Positions 37,548 to 53,682 of a DNA stretch of 64,000 nucleotides are shown in pieces. The position numbers and the translations under genes were made by a program. Source of the DNA: Auanema rhodensis (Eukaryota > Animalia > Nematoda); NCBI GenBank assembly GCA_964057225.1, contig OZ059900.1, positions 10,106,001-10,170,000 of the forward strand, given 5' to 3'. The notes beneath the pieces are model-generated. The model searched no databases, was not told where the DNA came from, and saw only the letters and a program-made list of their open reading frames with translations. Position 1 is the first letter of the stretch; each line of letters begins with the position of its first letter.

Positions 37548-40500
37548 CTGTCATTGCCGGCCGTCTTTACTGAGTTCGCTGTTAGTCGTCGTCTGTTCCT
37601 ATCAACAACCAGTCAGGCGCTTTTTTTTCTTTTCATTTTCATAAATTTGAGACATTTCTTATATGTGATTACAAGATTTAGCCAGCTTTAGCATGTATTT
37701 TAATGAAAAAATTGATTGAAACAGGCAAAGTTGAAAAGTTCAGTGTAGAAACATAGTGAAAACTGAATAAATTAGCTTGTATGTTAAATAATTATTTAGT
37801 TTTAGTTGAAGTTATAAGAAGTTTAGTATAGATAGAACTCAAAAAAAAGAAATGTTTTGTAGTTATCTGTGATGAAATGATCTAGATGAGCAAGATTTCG
37901 TTTATCTTTATACAAATATTATAAACTATTCAAGAATACAACTTAATTTAGTTCATTTTTTTCTTTTCTTTGCTTTTTTTGTTAAAAAAATAGTAATAGA
38001 GTATGGATTCTCAGAGTAGTGATTGGAATAAGCCTTAATGAAAAAAGTAGCTTTGACTGCAAGTGACAGCTTGAGCGAGATATAGCAGTAAATGCATCTC
38101 ATTCTCAAAATCTATGTCATTACATTGTATAACATTTGTTTGAAATTTTTAAAAAAATTCAAATAATTTCTATTTTTCTTCCAAAAATAAATAATATAGT
38201 ATATATAGTTAGTTAATATATTAATGTTAAAGCAGAAATTTTTGTTTTTCATAAGTTAGAATGTCATCAATAAAATTTTTAAAAAATTAAATAAAAATAT
38301 ATAGTTAACAGAATAGATTCTTAGATAATTGTATGTCAATATAATGAATAATAGGATAAATATGTCATAATGGTGAGGCGGTGCAAATATGTTTTGACGA
38401 TCGAAACTTATCGAAATTAATTGAGAGCGCTGAGATTTAAGTTTATTATATGTTTTTTTATTAAAAAGTATAGTAATATGCTGAATTATGAATGATATAT
38501 GCAGCATAACTGTAAACTTTATGAACTTGAAAGTGATTTATAACGAAATAATCAATATATGATATGGTTGAGATACTTAATCATGTAAAAAAAGTAAAAA
38601 TAACAAAATAATCGAATTTGTAAATGCTTCATTAGTTCAGATTTGTAAATATGATGCATACATGTGGAAACAGATGGAACTGGCCAATACCCACGCTTGC
38701 AACCGTACCTAGACTCCGCCCACCAATCTGGCATTTGTTCTAAGTACGTATGAGTTGTGAGAGAGTGAGAGAGAGTTAGAGTAAAAGAGAAAGACAGAAG
38801 GTATTGCATATATGTGAGAATGCGATGAATCTAAGAATTTTGAGGTGGATAGTATAATTAATATTATTAATATATATATATGAATATAGTAAAATATTAT
38901 AAAACTTATATTATTTTTGTTACATCAATCTAGTTTACTTCCAAATCAATATGGTTTATAGTTTGAATTATGAAATACAAAATAGATTATAGGTATACTT
39001 AATATGTATATTCATATTAAAAATTGAAAAACGATTCGAATGGACAGAAGAAATTGTTGTTATTTCATTGATTATCTTTATGAACTGAAGACTATTTGCG
39101 AGAAAATAAATTAAGACTTTGGCTAATATGACTGGAGGTATCGATTAAAACGAATGTCATCAATGCACTTGTATTAGAATGAATTTAACCACGATAAAAC
39201 GAATTATTTCTATGATGAAAGAGAGAAGAACGATACGAAAAATTGGCCAAATACGTTGAAGAATATTAGAATGCAACAGTAATGACTTGTATATAACAAG
39301 AGTCGGTACAGCGGTACAGTCGTTCAGCTCTGAGGGATATTCAGTCTAAATCCTTTTCTACTTATTTATCTCTCCGGAAGTTATCGTTCAAGTTGTCACT
39401 ATGTTCTCTCTTTTTTTTCTCTCGCTCTCTCTCTTACTCTCTTACTCTTCTGATAGATAAATGATTGAAATCTGCATAATTTACTTAGAACTGTTAATAG
39501 TTTGCCAGGGTTATCCTAATATCTAATCGCAGCACTATCTACCAAACATCCTGAGAGAACGTCAATGACTATGGCAAACAGTAGGAAGACCTCAGCTCAC
39601 TACGTGAGCTGTTGTCACTCCATGACACGTTAATTACGTAACTACGAAAAACTGACAAATGTGTAACGGAAGTCATGACGAGAACGATGGTTATCGTTCA
39701 TCTTTAATCAAGATTTTTCTGGACCTCTCAACACGGCTGCAACCAAATCTTGATTTAATCATCGAGAGTCTAGATTTTATGCTTTACCGGCAATACTTGT
39801 GCATTGCCACTGTTTAAAGGTTTTTTTTCTTTCTTTTTTTTTTTAAATTTTACCTCACAAGAAAGAAAGCATACGATAATTTTCACCAATTATTCGTCAA
39901 TGAGCATGTGACGTACAACAACAAGAGGAAATATATATTTATATAATAATCTCTAATCTTCATTTTAATAATTTATTACGTCAGAATAATCTAAATTTAT
40001 TTTTAAACTAATACGTATATCCCTCATTTTTACTTGGAAAATGGCCTCAAAAGCTCAATCGAGATCACTGTGTATGCCTTCAGTTTGGTATTAAGTACAT
40101 GAAAAACGATTACTATTATCGTCTTTTATTATAAAAATGATTTTTGAATGTCATCCAATACACACTCTTATTGTAGATTATATAAAACATTCAATTATCA
40201 CAATTTCTGAACAATGCTACCGTTTTCATATCGTTTTATTCGTTTTTCTTCAACATATTCTTCATCTTTTAGCAATTATTTTGTTCTTGAAGGTTATTGA
40301 ACAAATCATCATGTTTAGCGATGTAGAGGTGTAAGAGTTGTCGTGTTCATGTCACGGTCGCCCCAATGGCAAAGAAGAAGAAGAAGAAGACAGTTTAGCG
40401 CGCAAAAAGGTATTGCAAAAATGGTCACTGAGAGAACCAAAAAGAAAGAGAGAAAAGAAGCGACTGCATGAGAAAATTAAGATGAAAACGAAGAAGATGA

Positions 40501-43500
40501 AAAACGAATCAGAGACTACTGAAGAGATCGGTTAGAGTAAGTGAGCGAACGATCGACAATGATCATCATGATCGACATCATCATCATCCGATATTTGTAA
40601 GAATATTGAAAATAGTAGTAGGCAACAGAGTGGGGGGGAGAAGACTAACTAATTGATTTATGTGAACAAATGCTAAAACTGAAATTTATTCATTTGGAAA
40701 AGTAATAGCTAATCTGTAGAAAAGGAATGAAATGGAATACGATAGTGCGAATCAAAACTCAAAGCTCAATGAGACTTCTTTCATTTTGCAAAAAAAAAAT
40801 TGTATAGTGATCACATCTTATACAAATTATAAATTTGACAAGATTATACTTCCCTCATATTTACGAAATCAATAGAGTTATCTCACTTGAGGCGTAGTAC
40901 GGTAGATTGAATTTGAAATGGCATCAGAGACTGAATAAGTGAGTGAGCAGCGTACAAGCTTCAAGATCAATCCATTGGTATGAACAGGAATATGCCACAA
41001 ATAAAGTATCAACATAGTATATACAGGCAATAACAACAACAATATGAACAATGAGTCAAAAAAGGCATAACGTTATAAAGGATCTTATTATGTGCTCGGC
41101 TGTCGGTAGTTAGTTTATTCTCTCTCCTTCTTCCTATTTTCTGAATTGTATGCATGTAATTTTGCTATCTCTCACCATAGCCTTATCTTATTACGTCTGT
41201 TCTCGTACTCTTTCATCCTATACTAATGAATGCCGGCACAGGCTGTCATTAACTCATTTTCATTAGAGATATGTAGAAATAACATCTAGTAGAGTTATGA
41301 ATGAAACAAAGTAAATGTGGTTGACTCTATGAAACACTGTACCGCAATGCCCTGGATCATTATATTGTCTCTCGAAAAGGTAGCCTACGCATTAAACTGG
41401 CTATATACGGTAATATGAGTATGTAGACACAATGCTCACTATTCAACTACTAACTATATGTATAATAGAGAATGAGAAAAGAAGAGAGAGCAAGAGAAAG
41501 AGAAAAGCAGTGCGAAGGCTAACTATCTAAAACTATAATAGAGACTGAATAAGAGAAAGCGGAGTGAACAGAGTGAACCTCATCGTCTCATCCATTATCC
41601 AATAATAACATCATACCGACAGTCTATTGTATTTTAGAAGAATTTTGGACGGCATATATGGAAGGATATGTAATATGCGGCATTCAATATACATACATGC
41701 ACACATCTCATGTCTCAATTTTAGCTGAAATACAGGAACAGAATGAGAGAAAGAGATATTGAAAGATAAAATGAATGTAGATACATGTCGGCACTGTTTG
41801 ACTGCTAATTGAATAAGGAGATCATGCGGAACTAACTCAAGATCTTCATTTCAAAAAAATTTACATGAAAATATACATTATACTTAAAATTATAATAATA
41901 TTCATATATATGTAGCAGTAATTTCATGAAGCAAAATATTTATAAATGGCTTTGAAATACAGCTACTTCTGCACATGTGTACTATAGCTTGATGCGCTTT
42001 GGGCAGACTTTGGAAATACAAGACAAAGAGAGAAGAGGGTAATGCGTAGATTACAATCTTTGTGACCAGCTTGGCTTATGGATAGAGTATGAAGATGTCT
42101 AGCGGTAGTCTAGCTTTTAGATAGTCGAATGAGACAAACAAAGCAAAAAAAATTCTGTACAATCTAAATGGCAAATGAGTTTTTCCAAATTTTATAAAAA
42201 TTTGGTTATCTGTCGTATAATTAAGCAGATACATCTGAATAAAAAGACATTTTTATAATTAGCAAATGTAATAACTGTGATAATACGGCATTGGAATGCT
42301 TCGATACACTTGGATGATAATCATAGAGCATATAGCTGTGCAAGCAGAAAATGGCTCAATAATCATGAATATCATTACTCTGCTAATGAACACGAAAAAT
42401 TATAATATCTTTCAGACTAATTAGGCTGATTATACAGTATAGGAAGGAAGCAGACTGAATCTTATTAATAGAGATGAACATGTAATCAAATTTGAAAAGA
42501 GAAAGACAAAAGAAATACGGTAGTATTTTTATAGATCTCCAAGGTACTGAGCAAAATGTGAGCAAAAAGACAAGATAATAACTATGAGGAATCGAATAAT
42601 ACTCTTGATTTTCAAAAATTTTTTTTTCCTAGTATACTCAATAAAATATGCAAAATTATGCGAAAATAAGGTTTAAAAATCAGATTGTAACTGACATGTT
42701 ATACTAGCTTCAACATACAAAGCGCGTAATTCAAATTTAGTCGGATACGTTCACTTCGATGAGCAAAAACGCAACATGTAGTTAACATGCTAAAGCAGCA
42801 AGCACAAACCCGAAAAGAATCTTTTAAGTGACTAACTCAAGAGAAAGAAAGACAATTGGCCTAATGTGCTGCAGGTATAATCTGATATCACTTAACACTA
42901 ATAGCATATCTGATGCATATAGTGAGCATGGTATACAGACAATTGACGATGAAGAATTAAAAGTTTTCTAATTTTTTAAAAATTAAATAAATCATTTTTT
43001 CTTTGACAAAATTAAATATCGAAAAGCTGGAAGTTGTGTATATTGAGTAGCGTAGGCTAGCAGCATTGAGGTAGAAAGACGACAGAATCCAGCCGGGTTC
43101 GTTCTCGCTAGTGCGTCAACCAATCATCAGTCACGTCCAGGGCGGAGCTCATGACTGCCCTGTCTAGTCTAACTCTCTCTTGAATACTCTGAATCTCTCA
43201 CAGTACTACTAACTATATGTTCCAAATTACATAGCTGTTCAAATCTATTTTAGACTAAATTTAATAATAAAATAGAGAATAAATAATAAAAATTAGAAGA
43301 TGAATAGATATTCTTTGAAAATGAAAAACAAATGTTAGATATCGCAACGTATGTTTACGGAAACTCACGTAATCTCATCATTACGGTTATTTTCCTCTTC
43401 GCAGCACACATACAGCGATGAATACATACTAGTTGCAAATACACTGCTATACGGATATATTCATTACAAGGCAATGCGAATCTGCCAATCAACTATAGCA

Positions 43501-46500
43501 ACAACATGAGCGCTAGCCGTGCAAGCATATAGATACCGCCAGATTACGATTACCGCATTATGACTTATACAATTGGAACGGTGCATGGATTGAGATGTTG
43601 CTTAAACGATGTATGTGGCCAGCAGGTGTCTAACGCATTCAACCAAAAGACTACTCATAGAATATTATGAGAAGACATGAGCTCAAAGCAACCCTTTGAT
43701 CATATCAACCTGGCAGTCAAACTCACTCCCTGAGTATAAAATTTCGAGAAGGACTATTTTCCGTTTTACAACTTTCTATCATAACAGCAGACATCTACAA
43801 ACAGCATCATCATAGTAGAAACTGTTGGCCCATGTACAACAAGCCGGTTATGCCAGCTACTGATGCAGATGCTGATGATGCAACAAGCAAAAACGAATCA
43901 TATGTCTGCTCAATAGTGAAATCGCACTTAGACGCACCGTTGGTCATCCGGAAGAGAATAGGTAGGATGCACAAAGAATGAAACACGCCATATATATAGA
44001 CACGCATGTATACACATGGATACATGCAGTTTTCATTCGTCCAGACCATCTATTTCGCATCTCGCAGTGTGCATGAGACACTAGTCCTCCAGAATGTTCA
44101 GTATTCAAGCTACGCCAAAACGAGAGAATCTCAACTAAAACTATGTATTTTATTCGATTTTTCACAATTTATTGCCTCTTTTCTTGAACGTTTTCAACTT
44201 TATTCGTAAATTGTGCTTATCTTTACTATCATAACGACCCTCATATTCTTATAATGACTCACATATTGTCGTTTACTAATTGCAAGCCATTTCAACATTG
44301 TTGGAAGCAGTTGGCAAAATAATCATTTTTTATACAAAAAATCAAACAAAACGACTTTTACAATCTGATTGCCATCTGATGCTAATGTAATTGTGACTAT
44401 TAGAGCAATAATTACAGAAGAATATCATTGAGTTGGAAATCTTTTTATCTTTCTATTCAGTCTAAGCATGGTGAAAATTCAATTTTATCGTAGAGATTGA
44501 ATAGATTTTCGCTCTTTTTCTAACTTTTTTCACCAGATTAGTTTGTCTCTTATCGGATTTATTAATCATTGATTTTGTTAGAAACAAATCTAATTAACTC
44601 TAATTACGTCATCTATTCTGTATCGCAGATTGTTTGGCTTGTACTTGATAAAGGAAGCCTGACCTCATAATCACCTAGTTCTTCCGGTCCGATGTTATTA
44701 TGCAATCCATCAGCTGTATATGTTTGTAATTCTCTCATCATAGTCAAGCTATGTCAAATTGCTCTAATTGAGCAACAGGCCCCCTATGATGTCATCATTA
44801 TAGATAAGATCTAAAGCTGTCTGCTTCATAATTGTCGATAGATGCTCAAGTTATCTTAATCTTATTTCAAATAAAAAAAAGATATTGATGAATACATACG
44901 ATATGAGCATTGTTGGCTGAAGGCAGATAAATGTAATTTGAGAAAAAGATAAAGAGGAAGAGTGGACTAACTATGTGTTTTTGAAAATAGTAGATAATCA
45001 GCTATAAATGTCTAATGTAATATCTTATGTAGCTGTTTGATGTATACCGTATTTGCATTTTCTTTGTTAAAACCCAAAAATATATAAAATTTGATTGTTC
45101 AATTGTATAAGTATGTTAGGGTGTTTGTAAGAAACTAAGAACGAAAAGCAACCTATTTTAGTAGGAATTTTCAATATTTTTTTCTTTTTCGTATATGTCA
45201 GATTACGGTAGTTGATGAAAGAACACGAAAGGAAAGAAAGAGAGGAAGTAGTAGTAAAGAGAATATGAGGGAAACATCGAAGAGAGAGAGATAGAGAGAA
45301 CGAATCTAGTTAACAATAGAGTATAGGAATTATGAGAGAAGTATGAGAATTGGTTTATGAGATACAATGTAATATCAAGAGATTCAGAATTCGGATAAAA
45401 CTATAATTTTGTTAGCTCGAATAGAGCAGTCAATATACTATGTGAGGACTAGTAGTTTCTCTCTCTCTCTCTCTCTTTCTCTCTCTTTGCTATCTTCCTT
45501 ATTCTATTTTCCCTCTTTTCTCTCTCTCTATACTTTCATCAAAACTTCCTCAGTCATTCTATTCATCGGAAGTCTTGCTACGAATTAGTTTCCACATCAC
45601 AGAACTTGCCTCTGCCAAACATAACTTTTGTGTCTAACAGTGAGAATGAAGAGAGAATAAAATAGTCAAATGCTAACTGGGCAATACACTAAAAAACCTT
45701 GTATCTAGAGAATAATTGACAGTAGAAATGTAACAATACTTATATTGGGATCATAACTTATATAAAATATAATATGAAAAATATTTATACACATATATAC
45801 ATATAGTTATAACTATATTTAACTATATATTTTTGAAGAACTGACATGAAGAAACAAAAAGAGTACATGTTTTAATGTTTTATTATTAGAATTGATTGTT
45901 ATTAGAATTAATTTCATGATAATTAACTAGATATTCACTATTCATAAGTTTGTTGAACTGTTTTTTTCAATAAAATGATTACAAAAGCTTTACGCTTTCA
46001 TTCTTTTGTCATTTAATCAATATAATATTGAATAAAACACCATTTATATGTCAAGGGAATTTATAAGTTTTCGTAGTTTGTGGTTACTAGTGTAGATCAT
46101 ACGGTAGCATTAACAAATATTTTCACTTCGAACTAAAAATAGTATGGTTGTTTGAAAATGATTTTGTTTAATTTCGTGAGAACCTTATACTTTTGCCTGA
46201 AAGTTTAATTTTTTTAGTTTTATTAATCTATATACATATATATAATTTAGTATAGCTATAATATTGTCAAGTTTCAAATTAACTATATATTATAAATTAA
46301 AATTATATAACTATTTAGACATGGTATATGAATTTATAAATATATTGTCACTATCTATATATGATTTAATCTATCAAATGTCTTCATCTTTTTGATGTAT
46401 TATGAACAATTTTGAAATTATATTATGGTATGTGACAACAATTACGACAATTATCTCGTTCACGGGTAACATCATGTTGCCAATACTTTGACTTTGACAC

Positions 46501-49099
46501 ATCTATGCTTCTGTGTGGGTGTGAGTAGTAGAGAAAAGACGTGAAGGGGTCTGCTGCAACGACAAAGTTGTCTGTTTGAAATGAGAGGGAGTGGTTGTTA
46601 CTTTCTGGGCTAAAAGTAAGAAGAGAGAGGGAGAGAGAGACAGAATGAAATGAAGACAGACAGCATTTGATTGAAAGAGAAGGGATCCAATTACAATGAT
46701 GAGGTGAATTGAGCAATACTGTCAATCTGTCTGACACTTTCCTCTTCGTCTGTCTGCATCCATTAGAAAATTATAGTTTACTTCTTCAATGTAATATAAC
46801 TCAATTCAATATGTATTTCTCTTGTAATAGATGTTTGACTTATTGCTCTCTCTCTATCTCTTTCTCTCTCTCTTTCATTCACTGCAGTTAGTTCTTCACG
46901 TCTGTACGATCTACTATAATTCTCGATAGATGGAAATGACGAAGGAGCAATTAAATTGTCATGCTTGCCTGAGCAAGGCTTGTTGCACAAATTTAGAACA
47001 AGCATCTTTCTTCGTGGCGGTCGACTGCCGAAAAAAGGATGTATTCATTGTCTACGACCTAATACAGCAAGTAGAGGGCATTAGTAAGGAGACGTCCAAA
47101 AAAGAAAATGAAAAAGAAATGAATGGCGAACAAACTGAACAAAAGAAGACGATATAGAATGGAATCTGTGATGAAAATAGCTCACAAAGCTGCCTCAAGA
47201 GAATTGCCGCTGTTTGGAGGTTTTCTAAATAATTCACAGGTCATTTTCTAATGCAATGTATATGTTTCTTTTTAACTCAATTGCCTTGAAAAAAAGAAAA
47301 AAGGCGACAAAAAGTTACAAAAATTACAAATTTTACTAATTGCTTTTGGATTCGTATAAGTACATTTGTGCAATTAGGATTATCTTTTGTCTACATTTTG
47401 TCTATTCGATGTGTAAAATGGATTTCAAATTTGTAGAACAATCTACCGTATTTGCTATTATATTTGGCCATGAATTTGCTTGAAAAAGCTAGATATTATA
47501 GTGAATCTTTGAAAAAGATGACAGAACATGTCGATTCACTTAGTGAATGAATTCCAAGATTTTAAAAATGAGGCTAATATCTGTATATGAGAATGTTTTA
47601 ATTACTTTTTACCGGTCTTTCCTTTTCATTTCTTCTTTCTCAAGTTGTTACCCTAACACCTGCTAAGCATCAACTATGAGTGACCTACGTTGTAGATGAA
47701 AATGCAAGCCTGATGAGCTTAATTGAAACGTACAAAGGTGAGATAGCAGCTAATCATAAAACTATAGTCACTTTCACGTTTTCATCTGTCGTTGCCACAT
47801 AAGACAGAGCTAATCTAATGTTGTTACGAACGGCATACATCTAAGTGTTGCATATTCACTCAGATGGAACTGTGATTGCGCGCTGCACACCTGTTGAGCT
47901 AAGTAACCAGCAGTAAGGCACCGGCTTGCTCAAAAGACAGATTAATTAAGAGATTAGCTCGAATCAAGAAATTATTTACAGTGCACTGAACAATGCTCCG
48001 CACATGTATGCAAATTTATTTTTAATAATTATTGAGAAAATCTTAATCACGGGCCCAACAAGTTAGAATTTGAGAAGAAATTAATAAAGTTATGATTATA
48101 TGCGAAAATAGCTTGATTAAATAGTTTATAAGTTCTTTCAATAGAATCACGAATGAATTATTTATTTTTATTCTTAATTTCCATAAAATTTCTTTGCAAT
48201 ATTACAGTTAAAAGTAATTTTTAATGCCTTCTTCGCTATCATGTGATACAAAAACTGCATAGCTTTGGCATTTCATCAATTTTCATTTAAATTTTTCATA
48301 CAATTTAATAAAAAAATTTTATTCTTATGAATATGTTATGAATAATTTTCATCATATGGTAGTTAAAGTGACCGGCATAGCCATGAAAAATTCCGATATT
48401 TCAGTGAAATTGTAACTTTTTTTTGAAATTCATTTATTTTCTGTTGATCTATTCAATTTTGAAAATTGAAAATTTCATTTTCATTCAGCTGGAAAGAAGT
48501 ATGAGGAAGTAAAGGTACATAGGGGAGAAGTCGATTAGATTGTGAATAAACAGCTTGTACATATTAGACGCTTGACTGAATCAACATATGTCAACTCCTT
48601 TTTCTAATCCAATGTGAAACATGTAACATTCAGTATGCTACACAGCTTACATACATTCACTCATCCACACCTGCAATAATCCGATAATTATAGCTGCTAG
48701 CCGACTTGAGCTTATGTGAAACAAATGGATTATAGCTCCTATGTACATCATAATGACTTACAGGGCCAAACAGTCCATATTGCAAAAGAAAAAGGATCAA
48801 AGTTGCTGAACTAACAGCAGCATTAATCCATCTATAATTTTTGTGCATTGCACATGCCATCTGACCTATTGGCAACTGTTTTCAAACTCACTCGCTCACT
48901 ATACCTGCTTTCCACTGTGCCAATGGGGTTAAGGTTTTTTGGGGGTAACATGAGGGATGAGAAGAAGGAATATATAGATCGCTAAAGAAGAGGATGAACA
49001 TAGTTTGCAAACAAAAATTGTAATTAAGATCAAATATATATTTATATCACTTATAAGCATATACTAAACCAAAACTATTTATATAGAATAGTTTATTTC

Positions 49100-51066
49100 T
49101 TATATTAATTCATCAGATTCAACCAGAGTGTCCTCATCCTGATAGATGACATCGTCATCAGCAACTTTTAAAGAATGAGCAACATTGTATTCATCATCAT
49201 TGAATAAGCCTTGTTCCTAAAAATAAGAATAATCAAATGATTCAGCTCATTTTTATCGTTTTACCCGTAATTTTTCAATTTTCTTGGCGCTTATATTTGG
49301 TGTTTTAACATCGAAAACGTTGTGAAATTTACCAAAATCAATATTATATTGTCCTCGATCTTTTTTATATTGTACCAACTTTTCAAATCTGTTAATTATA
49401 TATAAATATAACTTATATTCATGTTTATAGATATGTGATACCGTTTACCCCAAAGAATTTCACGAGGAAGAAAACTGGTACGTGCCTGTGTTGTTGATCC
49501 TACGCTTTCAACAACACCCTCCAATATAGCTAGAAGATAAAGAGTTATTTATATTATATTAATTATTATTATAATTATAATTATTATTATTATTATTATT
49601 GATTTTAATATTTTAATTGTTGTACCTATAATCTCGAATGATTCAGTTACGAGATCATCTCTGCCAATGCTATACAGAGGACTATCCTCATCAATAACGT
49701 GACAAATGGTTATAGGCCAAATAACGAAAATTCTATCTAATCCCTGATCATATCTGAAACTTTTTATTTCATTATATATTATATTTTTAATTATATCATA
49801 TAGTATAAATATATTTGCTTTCTTTCAACTTACCCAACATTCATATCAAGTTGATGATATGGAATTAGTTCGCCTTCAGTTGTTAATGTTCGTTTAATCA
49901 TCTATAATAATAAAAGCATTTGTCTTATACTAATTATGATAATCTTTAATTTATTATGATTTATTTATATTTTTCCATTATATTTTAATTCGATTATTTA
50001 GTGAAAAAGTAGAAACGTACTTGTAGGCGTACATGAGCTTCTGCTAAACTGCTCTTTCGCATATCACCGACACGAAATAATAAACATAATTTTCCATTTC
50101 TCATACAAATAACCTGATAATAAATTGGTTTTTAATATCCATTATAAAGTTTCGATAATTACGGCATTTTTACTAAAAATTAATGTGGCTGCTCTCTTAA
50201 TTGGCCGGGCTAACTTGGCAAATATAATACCAGCCATTAATGTCTGAATAATCATAAAATAAGTTGGAAGCAACAATTACTTTTTGACTTTACTTGAGTC
50301 ATAAGACCTATCATAAACTGCACACACATTGTTACAACGACGATCAAGCACTGTTCTGTTGGATATCTTCAAGTTAATAGGTATTTCATACTCATTTTTT
50401 TGCTTTTTATAAGCTGATTATTGTGATTTAACATTGTGACTAACCGATGGCCATAGCCAATTGTTGTTTGAGTTGTCAGAGAAAACAGGAAGCTGTTAAG
50501 AAAGCCTTGGCCATTGACAATACATGGATCCCAGGATGTATTATTCCTTGGATCCATATCACCATGCAATCTGATGCAATGTAAATATTGAAAGTGAAAA
50601 CGATTGTTTCATTCTTACTTCCCTATCTGAAAATAGCAGCAAGCAAAGAATGTCCATGAAGCAAAGAAGGAAAGAGCAAAAATAGTAAAACACCATCTCC
50701 ATTGCATTTCAATAACAGTTGTGAAAATGTCACTGAAATAAGTAATTGAAAGGGAGAAATATAGAACAGATGACATATGATAATTCAATAAAAAGTAAAT
50801 TATATAAACGAATTTTATGTGAAAGTACCTGCAGTACATTCGTCGCTGTTTCGGCACATTCTTTAAGCTGATATTACATATTCCCTGAAAGTATAATAGT
50901 CAACAAAATATTTAATTGATGTTTTCCCATACAAATAAACAAAATAAAATTAAAAATTCTATTAAATAAAAATCAATACTTGTTTTTGAATTAATCTATT
51001 TTTGGCGGGTCGTGTAGTACTTGTTGAGAATTGACGCTGCTTTGCTGTTGCAATACATTGATCCAT
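49100..51066 (-). CDS. Inward-rectifier potassium channel (Kir, nematode irk family), 12 exons
   Basis: Spliced translation gives [24 protein letters not shown], pore [80 protein letters not shown] and [30 protein letters not shown]. Stop at 49100-49102. Confidence 0.96.
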
Positions 51067-53654
51067 GTATGTTTACCGCAATATCAATTTATCTGAAAAA
51101 TTCATCAGCTTTTCGTCTCTGTTTCTTTTTTCATGATAATATATATAAAATAATTTTTAATTAAATAAAAAATGAAGCAGACCTATATGAAATTTGTGAA
51201 CATTTCGTTATGCAACACATGGCAATAATTTTCTAAAGACGAAAAACAAACGACACTCTCGGTCGGATGGAAGAGAGTTCAGCACATCGCATTATAATCC
51301 TATTTGCATAGTGATTCTTCGTCTACATTTCCGTTTCTCTAATTGATTAATTTGTTTTAGCAAAATGAAGAAAAGAAAAAAATACAACATGTTGAACAAT
51401 TTTCTAATGAAAAGAAAACATAATGAAACACAAAAAAAAGAGCTTGAACAACAATTCGTTGCAATCTACTTGCGCATAACTCTATATCAGTGTCTTCCCC
51501 CCTTCACCCATCTCATTAGCTATTATGTTGGCTTTGAAGCTAGAACATAGTTTTGAAAGGCATACTTGTTCAATTCTTTTCACAAGCTACAGCCTGAAAG
51601 GGCTGGTAAGCAATTGTTCTTTTTCTCACTCTTTTCTGTTTTTCTGATTTTGACTCAAACAAAGTACACAGTCACGATAATTTTTACTTATTTTTTTGTT
51701 CACAAAATATCAGAATACTTTTTGAATGTTTAAAAATTGCCCGAAGTTCAAAGCTCTCAGTTTTCTTTACAAAGTTCGTTCACTCTTCACACCAGCTCTT
51801 CCTATAAACAACTATAGTTTTCTAGCTTTTCTTCGTCTCTTCTTCCCTCTATGTATTTTCTCTATTCTGGTAAAGTGTTTTGAATATATATATATCTATT
51901 CATTTCAGATAAAAAAATATTTTAAAATAAAATTCAATGAAAATTTACTTAATATGAAAGAATTTAATTCATTTTGTAATTTTTTTCATTTTTTTAATGT
52001 AATTCTTACTATTTTTCAATTAGTATAATAGCTATAGTGGTCGTGCTAGAACAAACTCATTGGACGACAAATTGCTTCGACTATTTAAATTGCATGGGTC
52101 AACCAGATAACTTATATCATATAAATAAATCTTGTCTTCATATTTCAAAGTAATTTGAACAAATTCTTACTTATCCTATCAAATTTCTACACAATAACAT
52201 TTTTTTTCTTTTGATTTCGTGTTTTCTTAGAAGAAATATTACCAGAAACACAAAGACACCCATTAAGTAGTCAAGACAAATCCTCATTAGACTTTATTGG
52301 ACTTGCGTACGAGTGACAGAAAATGACCATTCGCATAGACAAGGAAAATGATGTTTCATTTCTCTTCCTCTGCTATTTTGCATTTGTGTTTTAAAGAATA
52401 CTACAAGTGAAATGAAACACGTTCTGTCGTGCTCAACAAACCCAAAGCTACTTAGCATTAGCCTTCCAAGGCCTTTTACTTTCGATCTTAAATTTCGTTT
52501 GATTATCAATTTTCATAGCAAACAAGCTCTTAGCAGATTTCGTCACAGTTTCTTTCTCATTTCTTCTCCCTCACTTCACCTGTAAATCAAATCATATGTA
52601 AAATTTTATTTTATTCAATATAAATTTGGAATTTTGATGAATTAAAAAATATAATTATGATAATGAATGCATTTGATAACAATGACAACTCCACCAAGAA
52701 TAAAGCAAAGAATATATAAAAAAAGAAGAAGAAAACGAAAAAAATGTTTAATAATTCATATAAAATACTATTTTTCGAATATTCTTACTATCCTTCTTCT
52801 TATTCAAGTTCTCCCCACTGTCCTCCCGTATTATAGACTTTTAAACTGAATTTGAAACCGAAACATATCTTCTTTTATAAAAACATTCATGTTTTATATG
52901 TTTTATGAACTTTCTGTACAACATTCGTCCTTAGGCATCAACCTAACGGTTATTATCAATAACAATCATCATGCCAATGCATTTATCGGCATGCAGCAAA
53001 CATTTCAGCTGCGCCCACATGTGTTCCTTTTCAATTTGCTGATTTTTTATGTTTTTTTTTCATAATTTTAATGTATTATTCGTATCAGATTGCTCTTTTC
53101 TTTGGAGTGTTTTTTTTTCATAATATTTTCATTATTTACTATATATATATTTATAAATATATTTATATATTGATATAAAACCAATATATATTGTGCTATA
53201 TATATAATTTACTATTCCTGTATGCATATATAACTATATATATACATATGTTATCTTTGTATAATTAATAACTTTTTCAAATCTTTTTTTTTTTCGAAAA
53301 AAACAGCAGTCCCAACCTGATACTTAACATACGACATAGTTATTTTCACAATGTTATCATTGACACTGTATACTTACCAATAATGATTAAAATCAAAACT
53401 ATGTTGCTCTTTTTCACTTCTCACTTACCTGCTTTTTTCTGTTTTTTTTGCATTTCAATCTATTTATATATAAATAGATATTATTATATTTTTCAGCTTA
53501 GCTAATCAACTGTTATTTTAACAATTTTTTAGTTTTCCTCTTCCTCATCTTCTTCTACGTCCACTTCCTCCTATTCACTATTTCTATATTCATACCCTTG
53601 TTTAATTTGAAATTTAAAAAAAGTAGCATAATCTAACTATAATATATATATACA

Positions 53655-53682
53655 ACTATATATATATATATATATATATATA
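53655..53682. repeat. (TA)n microsatellite
   Basis: Direct reading. Confidence 0.85.

Noticed and set aside
37600-49000. Short ORFs in the 11-kb region upstream of vab-3
   Set aside because: Low-complexity AG/CT-rich translations with no consistent splice chain; best read as regulatory intergenic DNA.
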